Of a stretch of DNA of 64,000 nt, positions 20,214 to 29,243 are shown in pieces. The stretch covers positions 15,203 to 79,202 of the forward strand of contig CAIVZM010000011.1 in assembly GCA_903910385.1 (NCBI GenBank). The letters run 5' to 3'. The notes beneath the pieces are model-generated. The model saw nothing but the letters and a program-made list of their open reading frames with translations. It was not told where the DNA came from and did not search any database. This DNA comes from an uncultured Armatimonadetes bacterium. GTDB taxonomy: Bacteria > Armatimonadota > Armatimonadia > Armatimonadales > Armatimonadaceae. Within the stretch, counting starts at the first letter, position 1. The number at the start of each line of letters is the position of its first letter. The translations under genes and the position numbers were made by a program.

Positions 20214-20774
20214 ATGACTCGTTCTTCTCTGGCGGGTATCGCTCTTGTCGCGCTGGCGATCCCGGCTTTCGCAGCCCCGCTGAACTCGGGATTGAAATCC
20301 GGACAGCGTGTTTCTCCGTTCCATCCAAAGCATCTGGCAGGCCCACTGGCGGGAACGACCGGTTGTTTCCCCTGCACCTTCCAGGATCGTCCTCAGGCGC
20401 AGGTATGGGTGAACGGTGACGACCCGAAGAACGTCGTCGCTATCGCTTCGACGTTGAGCAAGGCGATGCAGACCTATAAGGGCAAAGAATTCAAGGCGCT
20501 TGTCGTCGCTCTGACCGATAAGAGCAACGCGAAAGCCACCGAAGCGATGATCCAATCCGCCGCCAAGCTTCCTTCCACTCAGGGCGTGGGAATGGCAGTC
20601 CTCGATAAGGACGCCGACTATGTTGAGAACTACAACATTAACACTTCCTCGGATATCAAGAATACGGTCATCGTCTACAAGAACTGGACCGTTGCACAAA
20701 ACTTTGTGAATGTGAAGGGCGACGCAGCCGGTCTCGCCGAACTCAACAAGGCGATCGCTTCCATTGCGAAGTAA
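20214..20774 (+). CDS. secreted hypothetical protein with CxxC (CFPC) motif
   Basis: Signal peptide (LAGIALVALAIPAFAAP) and a single CFPC motif, possibly thioredoxin-like. The fold cannot be assigned from sequence. Confidence 0.45.
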   Translation: MTRSSLAGIALVALAIPAFAAPLNSGLKSGQRVSPFHPKHLAGPLAGTTGCFPCTFQDRPQAQVWVNGDDPKNVVAIASTLSKAMQTYKGKEFKALVVALTDKSNAKATEAMIQSAAKLPSTQGVGMAVLDKDADYVENYNINTSSDIKNTVIVYKNWTVAQNFVNVKGDAAGLAELNKAIASIAK

Positions 20775-20808
20775 ACTCTGCGCAAAGGGTTGTTAACTTC
20801 ACCTTTTT

Positions 20809-20854
20809 GAAACGCCCCTCCCCAGATCGAGTTCGGGGGGGGGCGTTTTCTTTT
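20809..20854 (+). terminator. rho-independent terminator
   Basis: GAAACGCCCCTCCCC-loop-GGGGGGGGGCGTTTTC followed by TTTT, 35 nt after the stop at 20774. Confidence 0.7.
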
Positions 20855-21006
20855 CCCTGTCCGAGGATGGTCACCGAATTTATCGTTGCATAAAATGGAT
20901 AGCGTGATTCACAAAATGGATTTAACTATATTTTGCCAAATCGTGTAAAATGATTGGTGGCGCTTACTAATGTTTAATTCCACGTCTTCAGCGATCTCTT
21001 CTTTTT

Positions 21007-22911
21007 ATGGATTCCGAGAAACCGTCTCAACCTGATGAAACGTTGCCCCGACGACGATTTCTTTCTCTCGCTCTTCAGGGGACGATAACGGCGACGCTAA
21101 GTGGGTGCGGGGGCGTTCGCACTCCCAATGTGCGCCATTCCTCCACGACGCCTAAACCGACGCCCACCCCATCACCCACGCCCGGAGCGACTCCTTCGCC
21201 GTCTCCTTCGCCTTCCCCTACGCTAGGTCCGGTTCCGACTCCGATACCCACTCCGATACCCACTCCTGTTCCCACTCCCACTCCGACCCCTCTGCCCTTT
21301 ACTTTCACTCCGGTAAGCCCGAATCTGGTGAACCTGCCCTATCCTTCGGAGGGTTTATCATATTATCCCTCACGAAGCGGTGGTCAGTCTTACTATCTGA
21401 CCGCAGATGTTTGCATTTACGGCGCGACCGTAGCGGGAATCGCCGCCGCGATACAGGCGCGACGGATGGGACGATCCGTCCTTTTGCTCGCTTTCAGCGG
21501 CCATATCGGCGGCATGACTACCAGCGGTCTGGGCGCGACGGACTACGGCGCCAGGCAATCGATTGGCGGCATTGCGCGAGAGTTCTATCGCCGTATTGGG
21601 GCAAGATACGGCATGCAGGAAGTGTTCACGTTTGAGCCTCAAATTGCCGAAGCGGTTCTGCGTGAATGGTGCCGGGAAGAAGGCATTCCCATTCTGTATC
21701 AGCAACGTTTAGTCGCCGTCGAAAAACGTGGTTCCTCCATCGCTTACATCGCTACGGAGGGCGGAAACTATTTTATTGCGCGTTATTTTATCGATGCTTC
21801 CTATGAAGGCGATCTTCTGGCGGCGGCAGGCGTCACCTGCACCGTTGGTCGCGAAAGCAATGATCGTTACGGGGAAACCCTGAACGGCATTTACCCCGAT
21901 TCCGGCAATCACAACTTTCTGACTCCGATAGACCCTTATAACATTCCGGGCAACCCGAACAGCGGTCTTTTACCGATGATCGATTCGGAACCCTGGGGGA
22001 AAACTGGCGAAGCGGACGACCGTGTTCAGGCGTATTGTTTTCGTTTATGCGTTTCTTCCGCCGCCGGACGCATTCCGTTTCCTCGCCCCTCAGAGTATGA
22101 TGCCGTGCGCTATGAGTTGCTTCTCCGGTATATTCTGGCACGGGGGGGCGCAACGGATATGTTCAATCTGGTAGTCAATGTCTCGAATGGCAGAGCCAAA
22201 AACGCCGATATGAACAACTATGGCGCAGTCAGTCTGGATTATGTCGGCGGAAATCATGCCTGGGCGCAAGCGTCCTACGAACAGCGTGAACGGATTTTTC
22301 AGGAGCACGTCAATTACCAGAAGGGACTGCTGTATTTTCTTGCGAATGAACCGCGCGTACCCGATACCATTCGTCAGTTCACACAAAGGCTTGGTCTGAC
22401 TCCCGATGCGTTCGCTTCTACCGGAGGATGGCCGCATCAACTCTATATTCGGGAAGCCCGACGCATGATCAGCGATACCGTACTGACAGAGCGTCATGTT
22501 TTCAGTCGCGAATCGGTATCCGATTCCATCGCCCTTGCCAGTTATACGGCGGATTCGCATCATACGCGCCGTATTGTCCTGATAACACCTGATGGGCCTC
22601 AAGTCCGTAATGAAGGATGTTTCGAGGTCTTTATCCCGCGCCCCTGGGGAATTTCCTACCGTGCAATCGTTCCCCGTGCATCGGAATGCATCAATCTGGC
22701 ATCCGCCGCTTGCATCTCCGCGACTCATGTGACATGGAGCAGCCTGCGGATGGAACCCGTTTTCTTTTCGCTCGGTCAGGCGGCGGCGACGGCGGCGTGT
22801 CTTTCTATGGCTCCCATCGGAGCGGACGTCAACGCCGACGCCCCCCTGCAACGATTGTCCGTTTCCGCCTTGCAGGATCGTCTCCGTAGCGACGGACAGG
22901 TGATCGCCTGA
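21007..22911 (+). CDS. Tat-signal lipoprotein-like FAD-dependent oxidoreductase (FAD_oxidored family) with Pro/Thr-rich linker
   Basis: RRRFLSLAL, then LSGCGG, then a PT-rich low-complexity linker, then Rossmann FAD motif [40 protein letters not shown]. Confidence 0.7.
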   Translation: MDSEKPSQPDETLPRRRFLSLALQGTITATLSGCGGVRTPNVRHSSTTPKPTPTPSPTPGATPSPSPSPSPTLGPVPTPIPTPIPTPVPTPTPTPLPFTFTPVSPNLVNLPYPSEGLSYYPSRSGGQSYYLTADVCIYGATVAGIAAAIQARRMGRSVLLLAFSGHIGGMTTSGLGATDYGARQSIGGIAREFYRRIGARYGMQEVFTFEPQIAEAVLREWCREEGIPILYQQRLVAVEKRGSSIAYIATEGGNYFIARYFIDASYEGDLLAAAGVTCTVGRESNDRYGETLNGIYPDSGNHNFLTPIDPYNIPGNPNSGLLPMIDSEPWGKTGEADDRVQAYCFRLCVSSAAGRIPFPRPSEYDAVRYELLLRYILARGGATDMFNLVVNVSNGRAKNADMNNYGAVSLDYVGGNHAWAQASYEQRERIFQEHVNYQKGLLYFLANEPRVPDTIRQFTQRLGLTPDAFASTGGWPHQLYIREARRMISDTVLTERHVFSRESVSDSIALASYTADSHHTRRIVLITPDGPQVRNEGCFEVFIPRPWGISYRAIVPRASECINLASAACISATHVTWSSLRMEPVFFSLGQAAATAACLSMAPIGADVNADAPLQRLSVSALQDRLRSDGQVIA

Positions 22912-22917
22912 GGCGGT

Positions 22918-24231
22918 TTACTTCTGTAAGGCGGCGCTGACATGGAGTAGAGCGCGGCCTTGATGGTATGGGTCTGTCCATGCATCACTTTTGCCCTGCC
23001 GCACTAAAGGCGTCCCGTCCGGATGCAGGGTGGGATACCATCCTCCGTGCGTCTTATCGATCTGATATTTTTGAATAAATTCCCACTGGCGGACAAACGC
23101 TTTCCCGTACTCAGGAGTTTCGCTTCGATAACGCTCGTCCATCAGTAAAAGCGCATTCAGCGCCTCCGCCTGCGTCCACCAGATTTTGTCCCGTTCGGTC
23201 GCAGAACCGTTGATCGGACCGGAGTCATAGAAACCGCCGTATCGCTTATCCATTCCGTACATTATTGTGTGGTTTACCAGACGGCGAGAAAGGGTCTGTA
23301 CGGTGGCGTCCTCTCCTTTCCCGAGCGCACGGGCGGCCTCAAGAATCAGGTACGCAGTCTCGATATCATGACCGTAGGAGTCCATATCCGATGTAGGTTT
23401 CCAGTCCGGCGTGAAAAACAGGCGCAGGTATCCTTCCGGAGACGCGATTTTCTTGCAGAGGATATCGAAAATTTCCTGTAGTCGTGCGCCGACCCGGGAC
23501 GTTTTGTCCGCCCGGTACAGTTCGGTCAGGGCTTCCAGAAGGTGGATGTGGGTATTCATGGACTTATACCCCTTGCGTGTCCCGATAGCGTCTTTTACAG
23601 ATTCCGGGTTTTCTGTTACGGCGATAGGCTTGCCATTGCGTTGCAGGGCTTCATAGTAGCCGCCGTTCACGCTATCATGGGCATGGGTATCGAGCCAGTT
23701 GAACCCGCGTTGCGCCAGTTCCAGCGCCTGAGGGTTTCGGGTGACCCGGTAATTGGCAGCGGCGGCGTAGATAGCGAAGGCGATGCCATAGGAATGTTTT
23801 TCCGTCGTTACCGGCTTTCCCTCACCGGTTACCGCCCAGAAGAAGCCGCCGTCTTGCGCATCCCACAGGCGATGATTCAGAAAGTCCAGACCATGCCGGG
23901 AATATTCGGTGAATTCTACTGACCGACTTTTGTACCGTTTCGCCGCTTCCGCCGCCATCCACGTCAATCGCGCCTGATACACCACGGAGCGCTCATCGCC
24001 TTCGCCGCGTGTCCAGTCGTGATTGAAGTACTGATGAAAGCCTCCGTGCGTTTTATCGACGGCGCGAGGATACCATTTATCCAGTATGTCCTTTTTCAGG
24101 CTTTCCTCGACCTGCTCCGCAATAGCCAAATAATCCAGCGGCGTAGCGGTAGCGTCTTGATCGACCACAGGAACGACCGTACAACCAAGCATTGCCACGA
24201 GAGCGCCGATGGTCACGTAAGAAGCTATCAT
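22918..24231 (-). CDS. N-acylglucosamine 2-epimerase (AGE) superfamily protein, lipoprotein signal
   Basis: AGE-family alpha/alpha-toroid motifs (WYPRAVDKTHGGFHQYFNHDW; repeated GGF/W motifs). N-terminal signal with LGC. Confidence 0.55.
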   Translation of the reverse strand: MIASYVTIGALVAMLGCTVVPVVDQDATATPLDYLAIAEQVEESLKKDILDKWYPRAVDKTHGGFHQYFNHDWTRGEGDERSVVYQARLTWMAAEAAKRYKSRSVEFTEYSRHGLDFLNHRLWDAQDGGFFWAVTGEGKPVTTEKHSYGIAFAIYAAAANYRVTRNPQALELAQRGFNWLDTHAHDSVNGGYYEALQRNGKPIAVTENPESVKDAIGTRKGYKSMNTHIHLLEALTELYRADKTSRVGARLQEIFDILCKKIASPEGYLRLFFTPDWKPTSDMDSYGHDIETAYLILEAARALGKGEDATVQTLSRRLVNHTIMYGMDKRYGGFYDSGPINGSATERDKIWWTQAEALNALLLMDERYRSETPEYGKAFVRQWEFIQKYQIDKTHGGWYPTLHPDGTPLVRQGKSDAWTDPYHQGRALLHVSAALQK

Positions 24232-24312
24232 TTCGTTGTCCTTCTATTCATTTCGTAATGAACAATCCTTATTCTTGCTCAGATTTCCCCGAAATCCCTG
24301 TTAAGCGTTTAC

Positions 24313-25170
24313 TCAGAGACGGTAGATGAGCGCCGCATTGTCATGAAACAAGTTTCGTTTTTCGGCTTCCGACCAATCCGCTATGATCTCGTCCAGTATA
24401 CCTTTCCATTCGGTCAAGCTGGCGTACAGGGTGCAGACCGGCCAATCACTGCCAAATAGCAAGCGATCCTTCCCAAAAGCCTCTGCACAGTGACGGACAA
24501 TCGGTTCCAGCGTTTCGGCGGAAGGAATTCCGGTGGGCGAAGAACCGACGATACCGGACACTTTACAGTAGACGTTCGGACATTGCGCCAGGACAGCGAG
24601 CGCCATTTCCCATAAAGCGCGATCTTTGCTCTCCCGTCCGGGCGCGCCACAGTGATCGAGAATGAAGCGGGTATCCGGGCGCTGTCTCGCTAACATCGCC
24701 GCTTCCTGCAGTTCATCTCGTCCGACCAGCAAATCACAGCAAAGGTTCGCTTCCCCCAGATTCTTCGCTAGTTGCAGGAAAGGTTCATTCAGTAGAGGAG
24801 AGGTTCCCACCTGACGATGGATCGCAGGTCGAACGCCTTTCAATCCCGAATGCGAGGAAAACGTTGCGATAACGTCCCGGTAATCTTCGTGCAAGGGATC
24901 AATACTGATGACTGCGCCTGCGATAATCGCATCTTTCTGTTGCGCCTCCAGAATCCATTCCGATTCCTCGTAGCGATACTCCGCCGTGACTCCGGACTCG
25001 ACATAGATCGCCGCCTCAAGGGAAATGCCCCTCGTCGCCGCCTCATAGTCTTCGCGAGTGAAATCCCGCGCCAGCGCTCCGCTCAACCAAGGGCGGTCAA
25101 ACTGCGTCGTTGTCCAGAGATGAAAATGAGAATCAATAATATTAATATAATCAATAACAGATGATGTCAT
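24313..25170 (-). CDS. amidohydrolase-2 family metal-dependent hydrolase (TIM barrel)
   Basis: DSHFHLW near the N-terminus and LFGSDWP near the C-terminus (Amidohydro_2 signature). Confidence 0.65.
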   Translation of the reverse strand: MTSSVIDYINIIDSHFHLWTTTQFDRPWLSGALARDFTREDYEAATRGISLEAAIYVESGVTAEYRYEESEWILEAQQKDAIIAGAVISIDPLHEDYRDVIATFSSHSGLKGVRPAIHRQVGTSPLLNEPFLQLAKNLGEANLCCDLLVGRDELQEAAMLARQRPDTRFILDHCGAPGRESKDRALWEMALAVLAQCPNVYCKVSGIVGSSPTGIPSAETLEPIVRHCAEAFGKDRLLFGSDWPVCTLYASLTEWKGILDEIIADWSEAEKRNLFHDNAALIYRL

Positions 25171-25202
25171 GAGCGTTTTGGGTTATCTTCCACCTAATTG
25201 AT

Positions 25203-25232
25203 AGGCTGATCAATATTATCAGGCTGATCAAT
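25203..25232. repeat. direct repeat AGGCTGATCAAT x2 (6-nt spacer), each containing TGATCA palindrome
   Basis: In the AT-rich divergent region at the left edge of the low-GC island, upstream of the LuxR-like gene. Confidence 0.55.
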
Positions 25233-25323
25233 GTAGCATTATGTTATAATTAGCCATATACTGATATCAAAACTTTAATAACTGATTATACATATTAAAA
25301 TAAGTTGAGAGTGAGAAATAGAG

Positions 25324-25614
25324 ATGCCCGAAGTCAGTAGCGATTCCCAGGATGTTGATTGCCCGTTGCCCAATTACTTGTACCAGTTGCTCAAAGCGTC
25401 AGCAAGACTATGTAGCATGGATTCAAAATTGCTCGCCCAAAATTTGGGGCGAACGCGCAGTACAATTAATACTGAATTCAGAGAGATCGCCAAAAGGCTT
25501 GGTACACACAGCCGTTGCGAAGCAATTTTTGTCGCCCTCCGTTATGGCTGGGTTAAATTGCCTCCACCGGAAAAACCTTTTCTCCTGCATAGTGTGTACG
25601 AAAAGGAAGAATAA
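25324..25614 (+). CDS. small LuxR/GerE-type HTH protein (no receiver or ligand domain)
   Basis: 96 aa. C-terminal RTRSTINTEFREIAKRLGTHSRCEAIFVALRYGWV fits the LuxR_C HTH pattern (L.IS..TV..H..NI..KLGV.SR.EA...A...G). Confidence 0.5.
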   Translation: MPEVSSDSQDVDCPLPNYLYQLLKASARLCSMDSKLLAQNLGRTRSTINTEFREIAKRLGTHSRCEAIFVALRYGWVKLPPPEKPFLLHSVYEKEE

Positions 25615-25739
25615 AAGAAAACTCTGCACGACGGGCGCAGCGCCCAAAATTGGGTATTGTATTTTTGATCAGATCTGCATAAGATCATTTATCTCAGCGA
25701 AGGTCTGGAACCATCCACTTCGGGAAGCAGGAAATTGTA

Positions 25740-27029
25740 GTGTCAAGGCTGTTGATCATTCTGCCTACCTATAATGAATGTGAAAATTTGCCGCGTATAA
25801 CGAGCGCCCTGCTTAGGTTATTGCCGGAAGCGCATCTGCTGGTTGTGGATGACTCTTCGCCCGATGGTACAGGCAATATTGCTGACGAATTGGCGCGACA
25901 TGAGAATCGTCTTTATGTATTGCACCGTCCCCGCAAAGAGGGTTTAGGGCGCGCTTACATTTCTGGGTTTCAATGGGGATTGGCTCATGAGTATACCCAT
26001 TTCGCTCAGATGGATGTGGATGGCTCCCATCGCCCGCAAGACCTTCTTAACTTGCTCCCTATTCTGGACAAGGCGGATGTTGTTATTGGCTCCCGCTTCA
26101 TTCCAGGAGGACGAATTGAGCGCTGGCCTTTGTGGCGACATTTGCTCAGTTTGGCTGGCGGCTTGTACATCCGTACAATTTTGCATTTATCAATTGGTGA
26201 TGTGACAAGCGGGTTCAAATGTCTTCGACGGTCAGCGCTCGAAGGTTTACATTTATCGGAGATTGGCGCCGTCGGATATTGCTTTCAATGCGAGATGAAT
26301 TATCACTGGGCTTCCTTGAACCTACTCGTCGTAGAAGTTCCCATAGTGTTTATGCCTCGAGTTGCTGGTCGCTCGAAAATTTCTACCGCCGTTATTAGTG
26401 AGGCATTATGTTCTCCCTGGCGTTTACGTAGGCAATCGCCATTAAAAAGAACTACGTGGTGCAATACCCTAAATTGGGTATTGCCCCTTGTGTTGAATTC
26501 TATTATATTGCCATCAAAAAACTTGCTATGTTCAATGGTGAATCGAAAGACAATTATGTCACCACAACTCCAGAGTCGCTACTTTGGTCTTAGACATTTC
26601 AATCTTTATATCTCCCTGACACTTCTGTCAACGATTTTCTTGATCGCCGCCTTCGCGAAAATGCAACGGTTTAGCGAACTTCAGGCGACGATAGTTGCAT
26701 CGCGTCTTGTCCCGGATTTATTGACCTTAGCAGTCGCCCGATTAGTTATTGGCGCGGAGTTAGTAGTCGCTACGTTTATCTGGTTACCATCTTGGCGGGT
26801 GGCGACGCTATGCGTTCTTTCGCTGTTAGCAAGCGTTTTTGCGAGTTATTCCGCTTGGCGCGGACTGATGGGGATACAAGTCCCCTGTCACTGTTTTGGA
26901 ATTTTGTATAGCCTTGCTCCTTGGCAAGGTATAGCACTCAATCTGATATTACTGGTTGTCGTAGCGAATCTTTATACTTTGGGGCTTAATCCTACGAGGA
27001 ATTCTACACCCAACATATTCGTCAGATAA
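25740..27029 (+). CDS. polyprenol-phosphate mannose/glucose synthase (Dpm1/Ppm1-type GT2) fused to C-terminal 4-TM MauE/DoxX-like domain
   Basis: Residues 1-230 align motif-by-motif with DPM synthases (ILPTYNE.ENL; VVDDSSPDGTG; GSRFIPGG; VEVPI.F..R.AGRSK). Residues about 250-429 have four TM helices with PCHCFG, resembling the MauE CGCFG motif. A GtrA-like flippase domain is the alternative. Confidence 0.75.
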   Translation: MSRLLIILPTYNECENLPRITSALLRLLPEAHLLVVDDSSPDGTGNIADELARHENRLYVLHRPRKEGLGRAYISGFQWGLAHEYTHFAQMDVDGSHRPQDLLNLLPILDKADVVIGSRFIPGGRIERWPLWRHLLSLAGGLYIRTILHLSIGDVTSGFKCLRRSALEGLHLSEIGAVGYCFQCEMNYHWASLNLLVVEVPIVFMPRVAGRSKISTAVISEALCSPWRLRRQSPLKRTTWCNTLNWVLPLVLNSIILPSKNLLCSMVNRKTIMSPQLQSRYFGLRHFNLYISLTLLSTIFLIAAFAKMQRFSELQATIVASRLVPDLLTLAVARLVIGAELVVATFIWLPSWRVATLCVLSLLASVFASYSAWRGLMGIQVPCHCFGILYSLAPWQGIALNLILLVVVANLYTLGLNPTRNSTPNIFVR

Positions 27030-27182
27030 ATCTGACTTATACAGTGTCGTTTTCCTCAGAGGCAATATACGGTGGGAAGCCACAGCGAAACTTACTGATT
27101 CCTAACGACTGGCAACAAATTACCAATAATAGACGCATCGTTTTCTTTGTTAAAAGGACTGTAAATGTTAAGGAGGGTCGAA

Positions 27183-27620
27183 ATGTATCGTTCTCTTGCG
27201 ATCAGTTGCGTAATGGGGCTCTGTCTGTCACTATACGCCATAACTTCAACGGGCGCCGCGACAATACCACAGAGGTCGGGATTTATGTCACGCCCATTGA
27301 GTGCGGAGGAAATGAAGGATACAGGTGGGCGGGGCTACAGTTGCGATAAAACTATCTGTCAAGTCCCAGACGGGACATACCCATGCATACCTTGGTATGT
27401 CGGTGGCACTTGGCAATATAGCTATACAAACTCATATAATCCAGGTTTGACTTGTCGACAAAACAACCAAGATCCCAACTCTACCTGTGTACAGTTCTCT
27501 AAATGGTGTTCATGGACACAGTATTATCAAACGACTAACTGTACGGATATTCCCTACACTTCAACACACACCATGAATAACTTCTGTAGCGGAGGTAATG
27601 CAACGCATCCAACACCATAG
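27183..27620 (+). CDS. small secreted Cys-rich protein (8 Cys in mature region; Trp/Tyr/Thr/Asn-rich)
   Basis: ATG at 27183 with AAGGAGGG 5 nt upstream. Signal peptide MYRSLAISCVMGLCLSLYAITSTGAA. Mature part has 8 Cys, 3 N-x-T sequons, a GG site (LSAEEMKDTGG) and almost no charged residues. Confidence 0.65.
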   Translation: MYRSLAISCVMGLCLSLYAITSTGAATIPQRSGFMSRPLSAEEMKDTGGRGYSCDKTICQVPDGTYPCIPWYVGGTWQYSYTNSYNPGLTCRQNNQDPNSTCVQFSKWCSWTQYYQTTNCTDIPYTSTHTMNNFCSGGNATHPTP

Positions 27621-27708
27621 CTCAGTAATAAAAAAGGGAATATCGTCTTCTATACCCCCTGGCAGGGGGTCCATATCCTACCAAGGGGTAAGCCTACAAA
27701 TCAACAAA

Positions 27709-28773
27709 ATGAACATTACATATACAAAAAACCATTTGTCATGGACGATACTCGTCGTTTTCTTGATTGCTTTTCTGCCTGTTAGGGCAATATCTCAAAA
27801 TAGCGTACGCCCGTCTATCTCCGATATAATTCAGGCGCATCAACAAAGGCGTGAGATTTTGAATGCTGTCTTTACGTTTGAATATAATAATAGTTGGATT
27901 CTTCCTCTACCTGGGGGGAAAGAAACAGGGAATGCGGCGGAGGCAGTGTTAGGCGAATTTTATATTTTCCAATCTATACAGAATAATGTCGATCCTGCTA
28001 ATCAAATGCCTATCTTTGTGTACGATGGAACCCAAACGCATTTATTGAGTAATGTCTCTTTGAACACTTCTACTGGCAAGTTAGATGGCGGTCAAGGTCA
28101 GCAAAGAGATACGGCAGTTGACGGAAAGAAAAATTCTCTTTATGGGCCGGCTGAATTTGGTTTTAAGATAGAGGGCGATTGGATCTGCGACGTTTTGCAA
28201 CCTTCGTTTAAAATGGTTTCTATCTCCGATGACATAGGGAACGGAAAACTATACGAGTATTTGGGCCAATATCGGAACACTCCTTTACGATTGACTTTCG
28301 CTCCCAAATATAACTACGCCTGTATCAAAGCGGAGTGGAAATCCAGCGCCACCAGAACTATAATTTTTGAAGCGGCGAATTTTATTAATGATCACGGTCT
28401 TTGGTTCGCCCAAACGGGTAGCATGCGGACGATTGACACTCAAAAGAATGGCGTAAAGTTCACAGCGGGTCAATCTGTCATTTTCTCTGATTATCAGATC
28501 AATAACGCTCGTCTTACACTGGCTAACCAATTATCCGAGGCTACCTTTCAAGTGCGCTTGGCTAAAGGGAGTCAAGTGTTCGATCAAGACCGAAGAACTG
28601 TTTACAAAGTTGGGGAGAACAATGAGAAGTTCGAAGATAAAGAAATGGTGCGGCTGATGAAGCTGAACCGCCTGCCAATGGCGATAGGCTGGTTATTTAT
28701 AGGGAGTATGACCACACTGCTTCTCCTGGGACTGGCGGCTTTCATCCGATGGCGACGACGCGATTCTTCATAA
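27709..28773 (+). CDS. secreted protein with C-terminal TM anchor and basic tail (sorting-signal-like)
   Basis: Start at MNITYTKNHLSWTILVVFLIAFLPVRA (signal peptide). C-terminus …LNRLPMAIGWLFIGSMTTLLLLGLAAFIRWRRRDSS is a motif/TM/RWRRR arrangement like PEP-CTERM or LPXTG tails. The 3' end overlaps the C39 gene by 25 nt. Confidence 0.55.
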   Translation: MNITYTKNHLSWTILVVFLIAFLPVRAISQNSVRPSISDIIQAHQQRREILNAVFTFEYNNSWILPLPGGKETGNAAEAVLGEFYIFQSIQNNVDPANQMPIFVYDGTQTHLLSNVSLNTSTGKLDGGQGQQRDTAVDGKKNSLYGPAEFGFKIEGDWICDVLQPSFKMVSISDDIGNGKLYEYLGQYRNTPLRLTFAPKYNYACIKAEWKSSATRTIIFEAANFINDHGLWFAQTGSMRTIDTQKNGVKFTAGQSVIFSDYQINNARLTLANQLSEATFQVRLAKGSQVFDQDRRTVYKVGENNEKFEDKEMVRLMKLNRLPMAIGWLFIGSMTTLLLLGLAAFIRWRRRDSS

Positions 28774-29243
28774 TACTGATTTGCCTGAGCGTGGGATGCT
28801 GGCTTCCCTCCTTATATGAGCCACCTCATATTCTTGCCCAACAATCATGTGGCGAACGTAGCTTGTTTGCAGCCGCAACTTCGATAGGACTACAGATCAC
28901 GGAAAAACAGGTGCAAGAAGTCCTCCCGGCAGGCGTGGAATCGTCTACGTTTGCTGAATTGCAAATCGCTGCCTCTCGATTAAACCTTCAAGCCGAGGGG
29001 CGTCAGCTAACTACCACCGACATTCTGCGGGGTCATTATATTGGTGTGTTGCACGTTGACCAAAATCATTTCGTGGCCTTGATAGGGCATGATGAAGACT
29101 CCGTAGAAATCATTAACCCTGTCTACCGCAATTTACTTAAAAAAGAATGCTGGTTTGTCAATGACTTGGAAACACGTTGGGATGGACGAATACTCATTTT
29201 GCAACGTCAAACAAGGATGAATGGTAGCAATGAATTCAAATAA
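28749..29243 (+). CDS. standalone peptidase C39-like (bacteriocin-processing-type cysteine peptidase) domain protein with N-terminal signal/anchor
   Basis: QQSCGERSLFAAATSIG (Gln/Cys of the C39 catalytic site) and NHFVALIGHDEDSVEIINP (His/Asp block, compare ComA LHYYVVTGQDKDSIHIADP). Hydrophobic N-terminus. 5' end overlaps the upstream gene and 3' end overlaps the DUF2079 gene. Confidence 0.7.
   Translation: MATTRFFIILICLSVGCWLPSLYEPPHILAQQSCGERSLFAAATSIGLQITEKQVQEVLPAGVESSTFAELQIAASRLNLQAEGRQLTTTDILRGHYIGVLHVDQNHFVALIGHDEDSVEIINPVYRNLLKKECWFVNDLETRWDGRILILQRQTRMNGSNEFK

Noticed and set aside
21150-21300. Highly repetitive DNA (CCGACTCCGATACCCACTCC…) looked like a DNA repeat element.
   Set aside because: It is in-frame coding for a Pro/Thr-rich low-complexity linker ([20 protein letters not shown]) between the lipoprotein signal and the FAD domain of the oxidoreductase. 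The repetition is at the codon level.
27044-27349. 101-aa ORF upstream of and overlapping the Cys-rich protein gene.
   Set aside because: No RBS. It overlaps the SD and start of the well-supported 27183 gene. Low-complexity product. Likely a non-coding leader.
27183-27620. Calling the Cys-rich protein a double-glycine-leader bacteriocin precursor.
   Set aside because: It has a classical hydrophobic Sec signal peptide, which GG-leader peptides lack. LSAEEMKDTGG is off by one from the consensus and lacks the conserved hydrophobic positions. Kept only as a hypothesis that the C39-like peptidase trims a pro-region.
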